Below are positions 28,499 to 39,249 of a stretch of 49,270 nucleotides of DNA, one piece after another. Under the pieces are notes generated by a model. It was not told the origin of the DNA and did not search any database. It worked only from the letters and a program-made list of their open reading frames with translations. How positions within the stretch are numbered: position 1 is the first letter of the stretch; each line of letters opens with the position of its first letter. The position numbers and the translations under genes are program-made. The stretch is from a virus (taxonomy: Duplodnaviria; Caudoviricetes). The stretch spans positions 1-49,270 of IMG/VR virus record IMGVR_UViG_3300032305_002440; one strand, 5' to 3'.

Positions 28499-29276
28499 TT
28501 TATCAGATACAGAAAAAAAGCAACTAATACAAAAACTATATGCAGAACAAAAAATTAGTTTTGCTGATATAGCTAAACAACAAGGCACATATTCTAATAA
28601 GGTTCTGAGAGATGCAAAAAAACTCGGTATACCGATTAGAGATAAAGCTTCCGCACAAAGAAATGCTCTTAAAACAGGAAAGCATAAGCACCCAACAATG
28701 GGACAGGAACGCGACCAATCTATCAAAGATAAAATTGGCGTAGGTGTTATGAAATCCTGGGAAGCCCTATCTTCAGACGAACTCTCAGAACGAAAGAAAA
28801 AAGCAAAGCTAGCTTGGGACGAGTTAGATGATAATGTTAAAGACAATATTTTACAAAAAGCTAATCAGGCTGTCAGAGTAGCTAGCAAGCAAGGATCTAA
28901 GTTAGAGAACTTTCTGCTAAGTGCGTTACTGGCTGATGGTTTTAAAGTTGATTTTCACAAAGAACAGATGCTAGCAAATACCAAGTTGCAGATAGACCTG
29001 TTTTTGCCTACCATTAATACAGCCATCGAGGTTGATGGCCCCTCTCACTTTGAACCAGTTTGGGGACAAGATTCTTTAAACAAAAATATAGCTTATGACC
29101 AAAAAAAACAAGGATTGATATTGGGCAAGGGGTCTGTTCTTATAAGAATCAAACAAACAAAGGACTATTCCAAGACCAGATCAAAAGCTTTATATGTTAG
29201 ACTATTAGACCATCTTAAACAAATAACTAATTGTTTTCCAGCACCAGACCAAAGGATTATTACAATAGAGGATTAA
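28482..29276 (+). CDS. HTH plus DUF559/Vsr-like endonuclease (possible homing endonuclease)
   Basis: N-terminal SFADIAKQQGTYSNKVLR; C-terminal IDLFLP...AIEVDGPSH...LIRI. Confidence 0.7.
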   Translation: MKKYSDLSDTEKKQLIQKLYAEQKISFADIAKQQGTYSNKVLRDAKKLGIPIRDKASAQRNALKTGKHKHPTMGQERDQSIKDKIGVGVMKSWEALSSDELSERKKKAKLAWDELDDNVKDNILQKANQAVRVASKQGSKLENFLLSALLADGFKVDFHKEQMLANTKLQIDLFLPTINTAIEVDGPSHFEPVWGQDSLNKNIAYDQKKQGLILGKGSVLIRIKQTKDYSKTRSKALYVRLLDHLKQITNCFPAPDQRIITIED

Positions 29277-29279
29277 TTT

Positions 29280-30011
29280 ATGGCCAAAAACATTAAGAAA
29301 GACGCAACGGAAATGTCAGCAGAAACAGAATCTAAAATAGTAGAGAAGCCATCCATCAATGATATTAGTTGGACCGATTATGTTCTTGATCTATTGTCTG
29401 AGGATGAAAAGATAGCCGATAATCCCACAACAGACGGACTTCGCAGAGTATTTGAAATAGCCTTAGATTGCTATGTTACAGAAGCGAGGACGGAGGTTGT
29501 TCAAACTCCGGACCCAAACAATGAAAAAAGAGCAACCGTGGTTCACACCATATCCTACGTATTAAAGCATCTTGACTCAGAGAGCGAAGATTTAAAATAC
29601 CGGTCTGTGAGTGGCGCGGCGGACGTTTATTGGGGTAATTGCGACAAGATATATCGTAATCATCCGGTAGCTGTTGCAGAAACTAGAGCAGAAGGTAGGG
29701 CTCTTAGAAGGGCGTTGAAATTAAGGAAAGTTGTAGCTGCTGAGGAAATTGCAAAAGACATTGATGATCATCCGGACGCTGATAGTGTTAATAAAATAAC
29801 CAATAATCAGGTCAATTTCATTGATACTCTTGCTAGTCGATTAAGTATAAATGTGATTAAATTACTAGAGAACAATAATTTGGAGACTAAGAATATTTAT
29901 GGGTTGTCACATGACGATGCTGTAAGTATTATTAGGGTACTATCTGGGTATCAGCAAAATATGCAAAATATCCCAGAATCACTTATTGGATACTCTAACG
30001 AATGGAAATAA
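29280..30011 (+). CDS. Rad52/Sak-like single-strand annealing protein (putative)
   Basis: AVAETRAEGRALRRAL...AEE motif; C-terminal ITNNQVNFI module. Confidence 0.5.
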   Translation: MAKNIKKDATEMSAETESKIVEKPSINDISWTDYVLDLLSEDEKIADNPTTDGLRRVFEIALDCYVTEARTEVVQTPDPNNEKRATVVHTISYVLKHLDSESEDLKYRSVSGAADVYWGNCDKIYRNHPVAVAETRAEGRALRRALKLRKVVAAEEIAKDIDDHPDADSVNKITNNQVNFIDTLASRLSINVIKLLENNNLETKNIYGLSHDDAVSIIRVLSGYQQNMQNIPESLIGYSNEWK

Positions 30012-30013
30012 AA

Positions 30014-30349
30014 ATGAAAGTACTTTATAAGGCTAATGACAAACTACAATTCGAACTAGAAGCTTCTGGACAGAAAGAAATTTTCAAGGAGCTAGCTCTT
30101 ATACAAGAAATTTTCTCAGAAGAAAAGTGCGGATTGTGCGGAAGCACTAATCTAAGATTCATCGTGAGAAATGTAGAAGGCAACGACTACTATGAGCTTC
30201 GCTGCAATGAATGCGGAGGGGTGCTAGCTTTCGGTCAACACAAGAAGGGTGGAACATTATTCCCCAAGCGCAAAGACGACGACGGGAACTATCTATCCAA
30301 CAAAGGTTGGCATAAGTGGCAGCCTAGTGCAGCAACAGGTGGTAAGTAA
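30014..30349 (+). CDS. zinc-ribbon hypothetical protein
   Basis: CGLCG...CNECG; ATG 30014 follows upstream stop. Confidence 0.65.
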   Translation: MKVLYKANDKLQFELEASGQKEIFKELALIQEIFSEEKCGLCGSTNLRFIVRNVEGNDYYELRCNECGGVLAFGQHKKGGTLFPKRKDDDGNYLSNKGWHKWQPSAATGGK

Positions 30350-30351
30350 CA

Positions 30352-30711
30352 TTACCACTTGTTTTCTGGACAAGATGCATCAGTTTTTAGAATTTTACCT
30401 ACAAAGTTTTTGTTGCGTATCATAGCACAGCCGCACTTTGTACAAGTATCATCCTGAAAAAATTCACATCCTTCACATACTGATAATCTGTGTTTAATAG
30501 TGTCTTTATCTGCCAAAGTTGGATTCTCACTAAACCGTACTAAGATTTGATCAATATAGTCCTCTGTAGACTTATCATTTTTTAAATATATGCTTTTGCA
30601 TGGAAACATGGGCATAGTGGTTTGAACCTCTGTTGCCCTTATTTTCATTCCGCAATTAGAACATTCGAAATTTATCCAGTCTGTCGTTGTAAAAGAACAA
30701 AAATCTGTCAT
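30352..30711 (-). CDS. Cys-rich small protein
   Basis: CSNCG, RLSVCEGCEFF...CTKCGC...CPENKW. Confidence 0.65.
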   Translation of the reverse strand: MTDFCSFTTTDWINFECSNCGMKIRATEVQTTMPMFPCKSIYLKNDKSTEDYIDQILVRFSENPTLADKDTIKHRLSVCEGCEFFQDDTCTKCGCAMIRNKNFVGKILKTDASCPENKW

Positions 30712-32237
30712 TATTCACACGCCTTTTTATAATCAATACTCAGTTCTATCCTAGGTTCTTTTCCATAATTTTTACCTCCACAAGTTGGTTCCGCATCTTG
30801 TCCATCATCGTCAGGAGGTTTTGGAGGACAGTCTCCAGGTTCTCCAGAACAAACTACTTCTATTTTATCTCCAATAAAGACATATGATCTACAATTATCT
30901 ACAGACGGAGTTACACTTGGAGTTACTGTTGGAGTAGGAGTTGTTGTAGGAGTCGGTTCTGAGGTTGGTGTCGTTGTGGGAGTTAACGTAGGAGTTGGCT
31001 CTGGACTATTAGATGGTGTTACGCTAATAGTTAATGATGGTGTTTGAGTCTTAGTTACGGTAGGAGTTTTTGTTCTTGTAGGACTTGGAGTAACGGTTTT
31101 AGTAACGGTTTGAGTTACTGCTGGTGTGGGAGTTGGACTAGATGTTGGTTCTGGTGTAGGAGTAACTGTTGGTGTTGTTGATGATGTTGGAACGGGAGTA
31201 TTAACGAATTGCCTTATGTAAAGATATCTATTAAATGTATTTAAAGATAAATCTAATAAGGTCATAATTTCCCAATCAACAAATCCTTGTATTAATAACC
31301 ATTCAACAGCATATTTTGTGATTTCATCTATTTCTACATATGGTAAACTAGTAGGACTAGTTGTTAAAGAAGGAGTAACAGTACTAGTTAGTGTTGGAGT
31401 ATGAGTGGGAGACTCTGTTGGAGTCATTGTGATGGTGCTTGTTGCTGTCGGTGTCATTGTCTCTGTTGGGGTACAGCTACTTGTAGGAGTATTGGTCGGT
31501 GTTGGACTTCTGGTTGGTGTTTTAGTTATAGAAGCAGAGGGGGTAATCGTTTGTGTGACTGTGGGAGTTATGGTTGGAGTGACAGTTGTAGTAGGAGTAA
31601 ACCCAATAAATTCTATTCTTGTTCCGTCCTCTCTAACGATAGTTATAGCAATAGATCCAGTACCTATGTATTTTTCGCCTTTTATTAGTTTTCCGGAGAT
31701 TAGCGGATTTAAAGAAACCACCTCCATCTGAGGCAACTCCCCACCAGAAACAATATATGGGTCGCATACCGTACCCTTCCCTCTTCTTCTGTATTTGACA
31801 AGAGATAATGTAGAGGGGGATGGAGTAGGTGAAAGGGACACAGAGGGAGTGACAGACGGAGACGGTGTCACTGTTGATGTAATCGTTGCTGTTATAGAAG
31901 GGGTAGGTGTTGGGGTGGGGCGAGATGTTTCTGTTGGACTAGGTGTTGGTTCTGCAGTATTTGATGGTGTTGCAGTTTGGGTTGCTGAAACTGTTATCGT
32001 AGGTGTCGGTGATAAAGTTGGGGTTCTGGTTGATGTGGGCGTTAGACTTCTAGTCGGAGTACAGGTTCTAGTAGGAGTTGGAGATGGAGTTGGAGATGGT
32101 CTTGGTGGAATATATGGGTATTGATTTTGTATGATCTGTTCTATAGCAGATAAGCTCTGCCCAGTCTTGTTTCTAATTTCTTCGAGACTGTTATTAAAGT
32201 AATATAAATAATTTATTGCTAATAATATAACATTCAT
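30711..32237 (-). CDS. Thr/Pro/Ser-rich (mucin-like) protein
   Basis: Three long TPT/TPS tracts separated by short non-repetitive modules. Confidence 0.75.
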   Translation of the reverse strand: MNVILLAINYLYYFNNSLEEIRNKTGQSLSAIEQIIQNQYPYIPPRPSPTPSPTPTRTCTPTRSLTPTSTRTPTLSPTPTITVSATQTATPSNTAEPTPSPTETSRPTPTPTPSITATITSTVTPSPSVTPSVSLSPTPSPSTLSLVKYRRRGKGTVCDPYIVSGGELPQMEVVSLNPLISGKLIKGEKYIGTGSIAITIVREDGTRIEFIGFTPTTTVTPTITPTVTQTITPSASITKTPTRSPTPTNTPTSSCTPTETMTPTATSTITMTPTESPTHTPTLTSTVTPSLTTSPTSLPYVEIDEITKYAVEWLLIQGFVDWEIMTLLDLSLNTFNRYLYIRQFVNTPVPTSSTTPTVTPTPEPTSSPTPTPAVTQTVTKTVTPSPTRTKTPTVTKTQTPSLTISVTPSNSPEPTPTLTPTTTPTSEPTPTTTPTPTVTPSVTPSVDNCRSYVFIGDKIEVVCSGEPGDCPPKPPDDDGQDAEPTCGGKNYGKEPRIELSIDYKKACE

Positions 32238-32239
32238 AA

Positions 32240-35200
32240 TTATTCTATAAATGGTCCATCAAAATATTCATAAGGTATCCATTCCCACATTTCCTTTGTT
32301 TCTGCTATTTCAGAATTTTTGATCTCTATACCATCAACACTACCAAAATATGATCTAAAGATCATCTCGTTTTGTACTTTGAAAAACCCTGATGGCTCAA
32401 TAACTTTACCAAAATCTTTTCCGGGACTAAAATCTACGCATCTCCATACAGATAGTCCATTGTAAATAGTTCCTCCAGGAGGAGGTACAGTATCTTTTCC
32501 CAGACCACCATTATAATCATAAACATATCTTTGATATATAGGATCTATTGTTTTTAATTTTCTTGGTATAATTCTAAACTTCATATAGACACTATTTGAA
32601 GAATCTAAATTAAATACATCTCTTACCAATCCCTCTTTCTGTCCAACCAATTTAGGATATAGATACCTTTCTCTAACTGTTACAAGAGTGTCCCTAAAAG
32701 AATCCTCACAAGATAAAAAGAATTTTTTCTTTATCTCGTTACTTAAGTATCCATAATTAACCCACTCTGTTATGTCGGGGTATTTTTGTTTCTCTTCATC
32801 TACTTTTTTATTTATATATTCAAAACTAATACCGGGCAAATCAGATCGATCTATATCAAAATCTATACCACCTTGAGAATCTACTGTTCCACACACAGAG
32901 TTACATTCTGGATACTGATAGTATTCAACGATTGGAGAACAAGCATATGCTGTTTTTTCTAAAATTCTAGGAATAGCTTCTTCTGCAAGAGAACAAGTTT
33001 GAGTAGCGTCAATATTAAACCAGTAATAATTTTTAGTTTTATATTTTACTGTCCACGAATTTGTATCCAATTCTATTTCCATCATTGGAAGAACATTAGG
33101 AGAAGATTGATTATCATCATTATTTTCTAATATTTTTATAAGTCTGCTTCTTTGGACAGACAAATATTCTAATTTGTTTTTGGCTGCTCTTTTTTTGCAT
33201 TGGGATGCGGGATGGTCTATTTTCTCATTGCAGAATGCTGGGTCTGAGGGAAGGTTATTATAATACGTTATTAAATCTGGAATATTATCAATACTATCAA
33301 CAGATCTGGTCATCAGCTGACTGCTGGGTATTCCGGTAACTGATATGATATCTATTCTGCTCTCAATGCTTGTTTTTTGTGAATCAGTAAGTTTTTGTAC
33401 TGGGGTATATTTGTAATAATCGTTTTCAAAAGATATCTCTCCAGATGATGCTATATTTGTAAATTGATTAGATTTTAAATCCATAAAGTGGTACGTTTGT
33501 CTATCAGGCAGTATATTATTTTCTATCAGGCTAATATCCAGATTTTTTTCATCCTGCTTCGATATGCCACTAGCAATATTTAGTATATAGGATGAAGCAT
33601 CTTTTGTGTAATCATAGCTATTTATGGCAAACGGATAAGCTGATAATAGATTTTCTCTAGTGGTTGACGAAGAGAAGGAAATGGTCGTAGTAGTATTGCC
33701 TGAACCTGTGATATATACGTCGTTAAATTTAAACTTATTATTTTCGTGATTATTCAACATCTCGTAGACTTGTTCAAGATGATTGCATTCATGCCCTATG
33801 TATGAATAAGAATCTGGATCAACATAAGGTGTGCCATATCCATAGTTACCTTCTCCAGTTATAGTATGATATATATTTGGGGGCTTGTTGGTGTCTAGTT
33901 CTGATGATGCTTTTTGTAAGCCCCATTTGCCTATTTGGCAGTCATCATTAAAAGTCTCTTTATCAGAATATACCAACAATACGTTACTACTATTCTTTTT
34001 TATAAAACCACTATCAATATTTTCTAGCTCACTATCTATAACTAATATAGTATAAGAACCATCTGTTATGTTTATAAGATATTTATCAGATATTGTTTTT
34101 GTGGCTGGATTTTCTAATTCTTCATTTGCCGAAAGAGTAATACTATCATTAATATCAAAAAAATTGTAAGCTCTAGCTCCTTTAATTTTTAGTATTTTTT
34201 TATCTTCAATATTTTCAATTGATATATTACTAGAGCTATTATTATTACCAAATTTATTTTTAATTAAGAAAGCCATATCAGAACTATCTGGAAATCTAGT
34301 CCAGACAAGAGTTTTAACACAATATAGTCCGTTTTCTGTTGATACTGTCTGTCCGGATAGTCTTACAATATCTCCCTCCCGAAAGCTTAATGTTTGGAAT
34401 CCTGTAGCTGCGGTGCCTATTGTTTGTGTTAAACCAACTCTTGCTACATTAGCGTCGAAAGTATATTTGATATCACTTAATCCAACTAAATTTTCTATGT
34501 CATCTACTATGGCAAATTTAAATAAAGATAGTTTTTTAGCATTAACTCCATCTAGTTTCATATATCTATATTTCTTAAGTTTTAAAATATCAGAATTTTC
34601 ATATTTATATATTGGAACTTCCATTTTATACCAAAAGATTTTGTCCTTACTAAGCAGTACAACAGCCTTATCTGCATATCCCTGAGCAACCGCCTCATAT
34701 CCTGGTTGGAAAAAATTTCTTTCTACTTCTTCTTGCATTCTCTGAAATCTCAAATCGTATAACATACTAATAATAGGGTCTCCACGACCTCCTAAACTAG
34801 CTTGAAAGGCAATTTGCCAAGTTGCTGCCATAGCACCAACTAATGTGAAAAATGGAGTAAATGAAAAAAACACAAAAGGGAATTTTATTTCTTGATATGT
34901 TAACGGTCTAGATAGTTCATCGTCATTAATATATTTGCAATAATAGTTTATATTAGCGATATAGTTAAAAGGAGCATTGATATTAACTTTGGGCAGCAAA
35001 TACTCTTTATCTGTAAAATCTGCTATAAAATTATATCCCTTGAGTGTCGAGGTACTATTATTAGAGTAGTCAAAATGACTTCTTGAATTTTTATTGTGAA
35101 ACTTTTTTGTTTTTTCTGTATGTACTATCAAATCCCAAGAACATATGCTATTTGCTACAGTATTGCTAGATCTTTCCGTATAAAATTTAGACAAGCCAGA

Positions 35201-38200
35201 TAGCTCCGAATTATTAACTACATTATCCATAGCTAGTATTTTATCTGAATTTCCTAAAACATAAACCCTAAGAGTAAAAGAAGTATTTTTAAGTGGTATG
35301 TTTTTGAACTTAGCAAAAGTTGCTGAATTTATAGGAATATTGTTGTGCATTATTCCTTTTTTAGGCTTTGCTGAGTCTGTATCGTTTTTTCCAAATACAG
35401 AAATTGTAGGAGAAATACTTCCATCATTTTTTAGTATCTCATTGTGTTTTGATGGCGTATTATCATATTTATTTATATCATGAAAAACAGTACTATAGTT
35501 ATAATTATCGCTAAAAATCATATTAAAGTTCATAGAATACTTGTCTAAACCTTCTTGATTATATAGATATAAGACTCTGGTATTTGGTGCAGTAGTCGTG
35601 TTTGTGGTATTTAAAAGATTTATATAGTTTGTTATGTCGCTATTTGTGTTTGTTTTATTATTGTGTATGAATATATTATTAAAATCTGGCTCCTCAGGTA
35701 GCGATGCATTATGTATTTCAAGGGCAAAGATTAGATTTTTGGGATTTGGATAATTTAAAAAATTAATCTTGAGTTCTATATCTTTAATGGTTAATGTGTC
35801 TAAATTTACAGAAGCTGAAGACGGAAGCATTCCATAAGCAACAGTAGGTATTCCGCCATATAGTTCATTTATATTTTCTACACATTTAAATGTTTCTTCA
35901 TTCTCTATGTCTAAGTGTTCGTCTAGATATAAATCATCAATGTATTCTTGAGCTCTGTAGGAGATTCCATTAAGATTACGATATCCGTGATTAATACTAT
36001 GCTCACTATAAAAAGAGGTAAGATCTTCTATCTTCTTTATTAAAATTCTACTAGCATAAGAATTGTAGGAAGTATTTGTTCCTATGGTACAACCTCTCAT
36101 ATCAAAAATACCATTACCTCTAAAATAATAAGATTTATATCTATACATTTTGTATCTCTGAACAGAGGTGATATTCTCTCCGTTTCCCTGACTCAATGAA
36201 CTATAAGCTGAAGATCCAACGTTATTGTTTATTTCTGGATAGTCTGTTGTATTGCTCACAGCCGGAAACCAACCAGAATTCGGATGAAAATAACCCTTTT
36301 TGAGTTCTATAGTACCAGTTACTGGTATGTCCATAAGATGACATCGTATCTTAGTTTTTTCTCCTCCCATGTCATTTCTGGTTTCCAAAACCGGCAATAC
36401 AACCGGATTATTTGCTATTATGGGATTATTAGACCTTCCCTTTCCTCCCCAGTATCCATTTGGCAGTTTTTTCACAGATAGCAGTTTTCTAGAATCTCCT
36501 TCAAAAATAGGATGATATGGTATTTCCACACCTATAGCCTGGATCACTTCGTAAGAAAAACCTCCGTATGATTTTATTCCTGGAGATAATACCGTAGAAA
36601 TTTTTGGGAATTTATAACTTTGTCTAAATTCTACAGTTGTTCTATTCCCATCGTCATCATATTCGTAGCCCTTTCCCAGAAAAGTATTTGTATCACCGAA
36701 TCTGTCTTGTCTAAAGTATCTTGCGGCAAATGTATTAATTCCAAAAGGCTTTTCTCTTGCCCTTACAATTTTATCTTGATAAAAACTTTTACATTTAGAA
36801 TACTTAGATCCGTATCTCATATTATCTATACTTATAGAATTTATTCTAACGTATGTGTTTAATGTCTCGAATTTCATTGAAAAAGAAGAATTTTCTACTT
36901 CTCTAATCATACGGTCATCTTCTGCAACATCATCTAATTTTAGTGCTATTTTCGAATTTAGTAATCTTCCTGGTTTGGCAACAATGGATTGTTGTTGTGT
37001 TTGTGATATTGTCTCTACGTCGCTATCTAATATCCATACCAAGCCTAATTTATTGACAGCAAACTGTCTTAGATTTGTGATTAGTGCGTTGTATTTTTTT
37101 GTGGGCGGATTTACTGGGTATGAATATTTTGTAGTTCTGGCAGGAACCGAGGTGTCACAATTGCCTATATATACTCTCATAATATCTGAAGACTTTAAAA
37201 CAGTAGATCTAGTAACTTGACATTCTATTGTATATAGTCCTTCTTTTTTGATATATAATATAGTATCAGAATCATTAGAAATATTATTTCTTTTTAGAAA
37301 ATCTATTCTACCATTAACATTATAATTACTAAACTTTAAACACTGAGGACCGTCTATCAGCTGCCATAAAAAAGAATCTTCAATATTTCCTTCTTCAAAT
37401 TTTAAATCTATTCTCATTTCTCCGTCTCTGTCCGGAGTAAATGGTAGTACTATATCTTTTTCAAGATTAACCCTCGCTCTCTCTGACCTGCTGTCTAAGG
37501 TGATGTCCCAAGGTATATCTATTTTATCTTTTCTTGTAGTGTTTGAGGACGATATTCTAAGAGATTGTGATTTTAATCTGTTGCTGGAGTCTATGTCTAG
37601 ACTGTTTCTAATAATCAGGTCTCCGATGTTATATGCAAATTTATTGTAGATATATGCAGGAATAGCCGTGGTAGAACCTGTTAGGTTTTTATCACAAAAA
37701 GTTTTGAGATTAACATCAAAATATGCATGTGGGCCATTATCTAATGTTGGGACAAATTTGATTTTTTTAATATAGTTTTTATCTATTCTCAAATCCGCCC
37801 CGTACTTCATAAGCATTTTTTTACATAGGTCAGATGGTGTTCTGATATAATTGATACTATTAGTTTGATTTTCTATTTTAGATGTTGATCGTTGTAGAAA
37901 AGTATATATGATAGAAATTATAGATAGTAACTCTTGAATTTCTTCTTCTGCGCTAGTTTTTGCAGGCGCGTTTAAATAAGCGTTTATACTACTTTGTATA
38001 TTGCTATCATATAATGAATTAATAGAAACTCTATCTACGGATGGTCCTGTAGAGAGTACCGAACACAGTTTTTTAAGTTTTTCTTGGTATACTACTGTAC
38101 CTATTGAAGTCTTAGTTCGTACGCGATTGATCGACAAGGCATTATAAATAGCTCTATATATATGATACAAAGCTGGCGAGAGATATGATTTGGACGGCAT

Positions 38201-39247
38201 CTTGACAGGTCTGTGGGTTCTGTAGTCATCTTTTTCTCTCTCGTTTAAAAAATAGCTATAGCATTCACCGTCTGATATCCATATTTTACTATCTGATATT
38301 ACAAAATTAGTAGAAGAGTCTCCTACAAAATTTTTATTATAGTGTGCATAAAATGTTAAATCTTTATAGTTTGTAGCTAAATTTTTAGTTGATAGATCTA
38401 TGGCATCACTACCAAAACTAAACTTCGGAGGATTATGAGAAAAATCTTTTGGGCTCTTATCCAAAAATTTAACAGATTTATCATCTATTTTAATAATATT
38501 ATCTGTTTTATTTAAAACTATTTCTCCACTTACTGTTGAATAGTCACTAACAGGAATCAGCTTTGTATACGGAGGAACTTCTGATAACTTATATTGTTTG
38601 GTTTCACCACTACTCACAGGATTTCTCTTATACCAAAAAAGAACACCATACTCTACTTCTAAATAAGAAAGGTTTGAGTTTATTATCCAATTAGATGACA
38701 AAGAAACACCACTAGCATTAACAGCATCATCATCGTCTAAAATTTTCCAATTGTTTAGTTTGGGAGAGTCTATTGATACGAAGTTCTCTATACCAAAAAG
38801 CTTGGTTCCTATAACATTCCCAGCAAGTATTTCTTTACTAAAGACATGATCATCATTTTTTACAAATAACGGTAACCAACAATCGCTTGATGAAAAATTC
38901 TGATTATCGAATATGGACTTCATAGAGTCTATGCGAATGTTTACAGCAGAAGAAGTATTGATCCTGTTGCCTTGTGGGTCTAAAAATTCTCCATTAGAAT
39001 TAACAGATTTGCCGTCCTCGTCTGTGCATGATCTGTCTCCTAATCCGTCTGGTCCTCCGTCTCCGCAAGTTACTTGTTTTTCTGTTTTACTATATTCTCC
39101 TTCGTAAGAGATAACGCATTTATTTGTTGTGTCCGTAGAACCAGTTCTAGTATCACTCAACATGTCCACAATAGTATATTTTTTAAGATCATTCAAAAAA
39201 GAATTACTATATATAGAACATGTTTTGCTATCATCTATAGGATACAT
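32240..39247 (-). CDS. very large probable virion/tail protein (2335 aa)
   Basis: Uninterrupted ORF; PKD-like WQLIDGP...EGLYTIECQV; fibre-like GDIVRLSGQTVSTENGLY...WTR. Confidence 0.65.
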   Translation of the reverse strand: MYPIDDSKTCSIYSNSFLNDLKKYTIVDMLSDTRTGSTDTTNKCVISYEGEYSKTEKQVTCGDGGPDGLGDRSCTDEDGKSVNSNGEFLDPQGNRINTSSAVNIRIDSMKSIFDNQNFSSSDCWLPLFVKNDDHVFSKEILAGNVIGTKLFGIENFVSIDSPKLNNWKILDDDDAVNASGVSLSSNWIINSNLSYLEVEYGVLFWYKRNPVSSGETKQYKLSEVPPYTKLIPVSDYSTVSGEIVLNKTDNIIKIDDKSVKFLDKSPKDFSHNPPKFSFGSDAIDLSTKNLATNYKDLTFYAHYNKNFVGDSSTNFVISDSKIWISDGECYSYFLNEREKDDYRTHRPVKMPSKSYLSPALYHIYRAIYNALSINRVRTKTSIGTVVYQEKLKKLCSVLSTGPSVDRVSINSLYDSNIQSSINAYLNAPAKTSAEEEIQELLSIISIIYTFLQRSTSKIENQTNSINYIRTPSDLCKKMLMKYGADLRIDKNYIKKIKFVPTLDNGPHAYFDVNLKTFCDKNLTGSTTAIPAYIYNKFAYNIGDLIIRNSLDIDSSNRLKSQSLRISSSNTTRKDKIDIPWDITLDSRSERARVNLEKDIVLPFTPDRDGEMRIDLKFEEGNIEDSFLWQLIDGPQCLKFSNYNVNGRIDFLKRNNISNDSDTILYIKKEGLYTIECQVTRSTVLKSSDIMRVYIGNCDTSVPARTTKYSYPVNPPTKKYNALITNLRQFAVNKLGLVWILDSDVETISQTQQQSIVAKPGRLLNSKIALKLDDVAEDDRMIREVENSSFSMKFETLNTYVRINSISIDNMRYGSKYSKCKSFYQDKIVRAREKPFGINTFAARYFRQDRFGDTNTFLGKGYEYDDDGNRTTVEFRQSYKFPKISTVLSPGIKSYGGFSYEVIQAIGVEIPYHPIFEGDSRKLLSVKKLPNGYWGGKGRSNNPIIANNPVVLPVLETRNDMGGEKTKIRCHLMDIPVTGTIELKKGYFHPNSGWFPAVSNTTDYPEINNNVGSSAYSSLSQGNGENITSVQRYKMYRYKSYYFRGNGIFDMRGCTIGTNTSYNSYASRILIKKIEDLTSFYSEHSINHGYRNLNGISYRAQEYIDDLYLDEHLDIENEETFKCVENINELYGGIPTVAYGMLPSSASVNLDTLTIKDIELKINFLNYPNPKNLIFALEIHNASLPEEPDFNNIFIHNNKTNTNSDITNYINLLNTTNTTTAPNTRVLYLYNQEGLDKYSMNFNMIFSDNYNYSTVFHDINKYDNTPSKHNEILKNDGSISPTISVFGKNDTDSAKPKKGIMHNNIPINSATFAKFKNIPLKNTSFTLRVYVLGNSDKILAMDNVVNNSELSGLSKFYTERSSNTVANSICSWDLIVHTEKTKKFHNKNSRSHFDYSNNSTSTLKGYNFIADFTDKEYLLPKVNINAPFNYIANINYYCKYINDDELSRPLTYQEIKFPFVFFSFTPFFTLVGAMAATWQIAFQASLGGRGDPIISMLYDLRFQRMQEEVERNFFQPGYEAVAQGYADKAVVLLSKDKIFWYKMEVPIYKYENSDILKLKKYRYMKLDGVNAKKLSLFKFAIVDDIENLVGLSDIKYTFDANVARVGLTQTIGTAATGFQTLSFREGDIVRLSGQTVSTENGLYCVKTLVWTRFPDSSDMAFLIKNKFGNNNSSSNISIENIEDKKILKIKGARAYNFFDINDSITLSANEELENPATKTISDKYLINITDGSYTILVIDSELENIDSGFIKKNSSNVLLVYSDKETFNDDCQIGKWGLQKASSELDTNKPPNIYHTITGEGNYGYGTPYVDPDSYSYIGHECNHLEQVYEMLNNHENNKFKFNDVYITGSGNTTTTISFSSSTTRENLLSAYPFAINSYDYTKDASSYILNIASGISKQDEKNLDISLIENNILPDRQTYHFMDLKSNQFTNIASSGEISFENDYYKYTPVQKLTDSQKTSIESRIDIISVTGIPSSQLMTRSVDSIDNIPDLITYYNNLPSDPAFCNEKIDHPASQCKKRAAKNKLEYLSVQRSRLIKILENNDDNQSSPNVLPMMEIELDTNSWTVKYKTKNYYWFNIDATQTCSLAEEAIPRILEKTAYACSPIVEYYQYPECNSVCGTVDSQGGIDFDIDRSDLPGISFEYINKKVDEEKQKYPDITEWVNYGYLSNEIKKKFFLSCEDSFRDTLVTVRERYLYPKLVGQKEGLVRDVFNLDSSNSVYMKFRIIPRKLKTIDPIYQRYVYDYNGGLGKDTVPPPGGTIYNGLSVWRCVDFSPGKDFGKVIEPSGFFKVQNEMIFRSYFGSVDGIEIKNSEIAETKEMWEWIPYEYFDGPFIE

Positions 39248-39249
39248 AA

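Noticed and set aside
427-28846. Many short - strand ORFs opposite + strand genes
   Set aside because: They overlap well-supported genes on the other strand and show no recognisable motifs.
30900-32110. Possible CRISPR or DNA tandem repeat array
   Set aside because: Repeats are degenerate at the third codon position and reflect protein low complexity; there is no repeat-spacer pattern.
31401-32124. Val/Gly-rich + strand ORFs (also 48309..48551)
   Set aside because: They are antisense shadows of Thr/Pro codon repeats.
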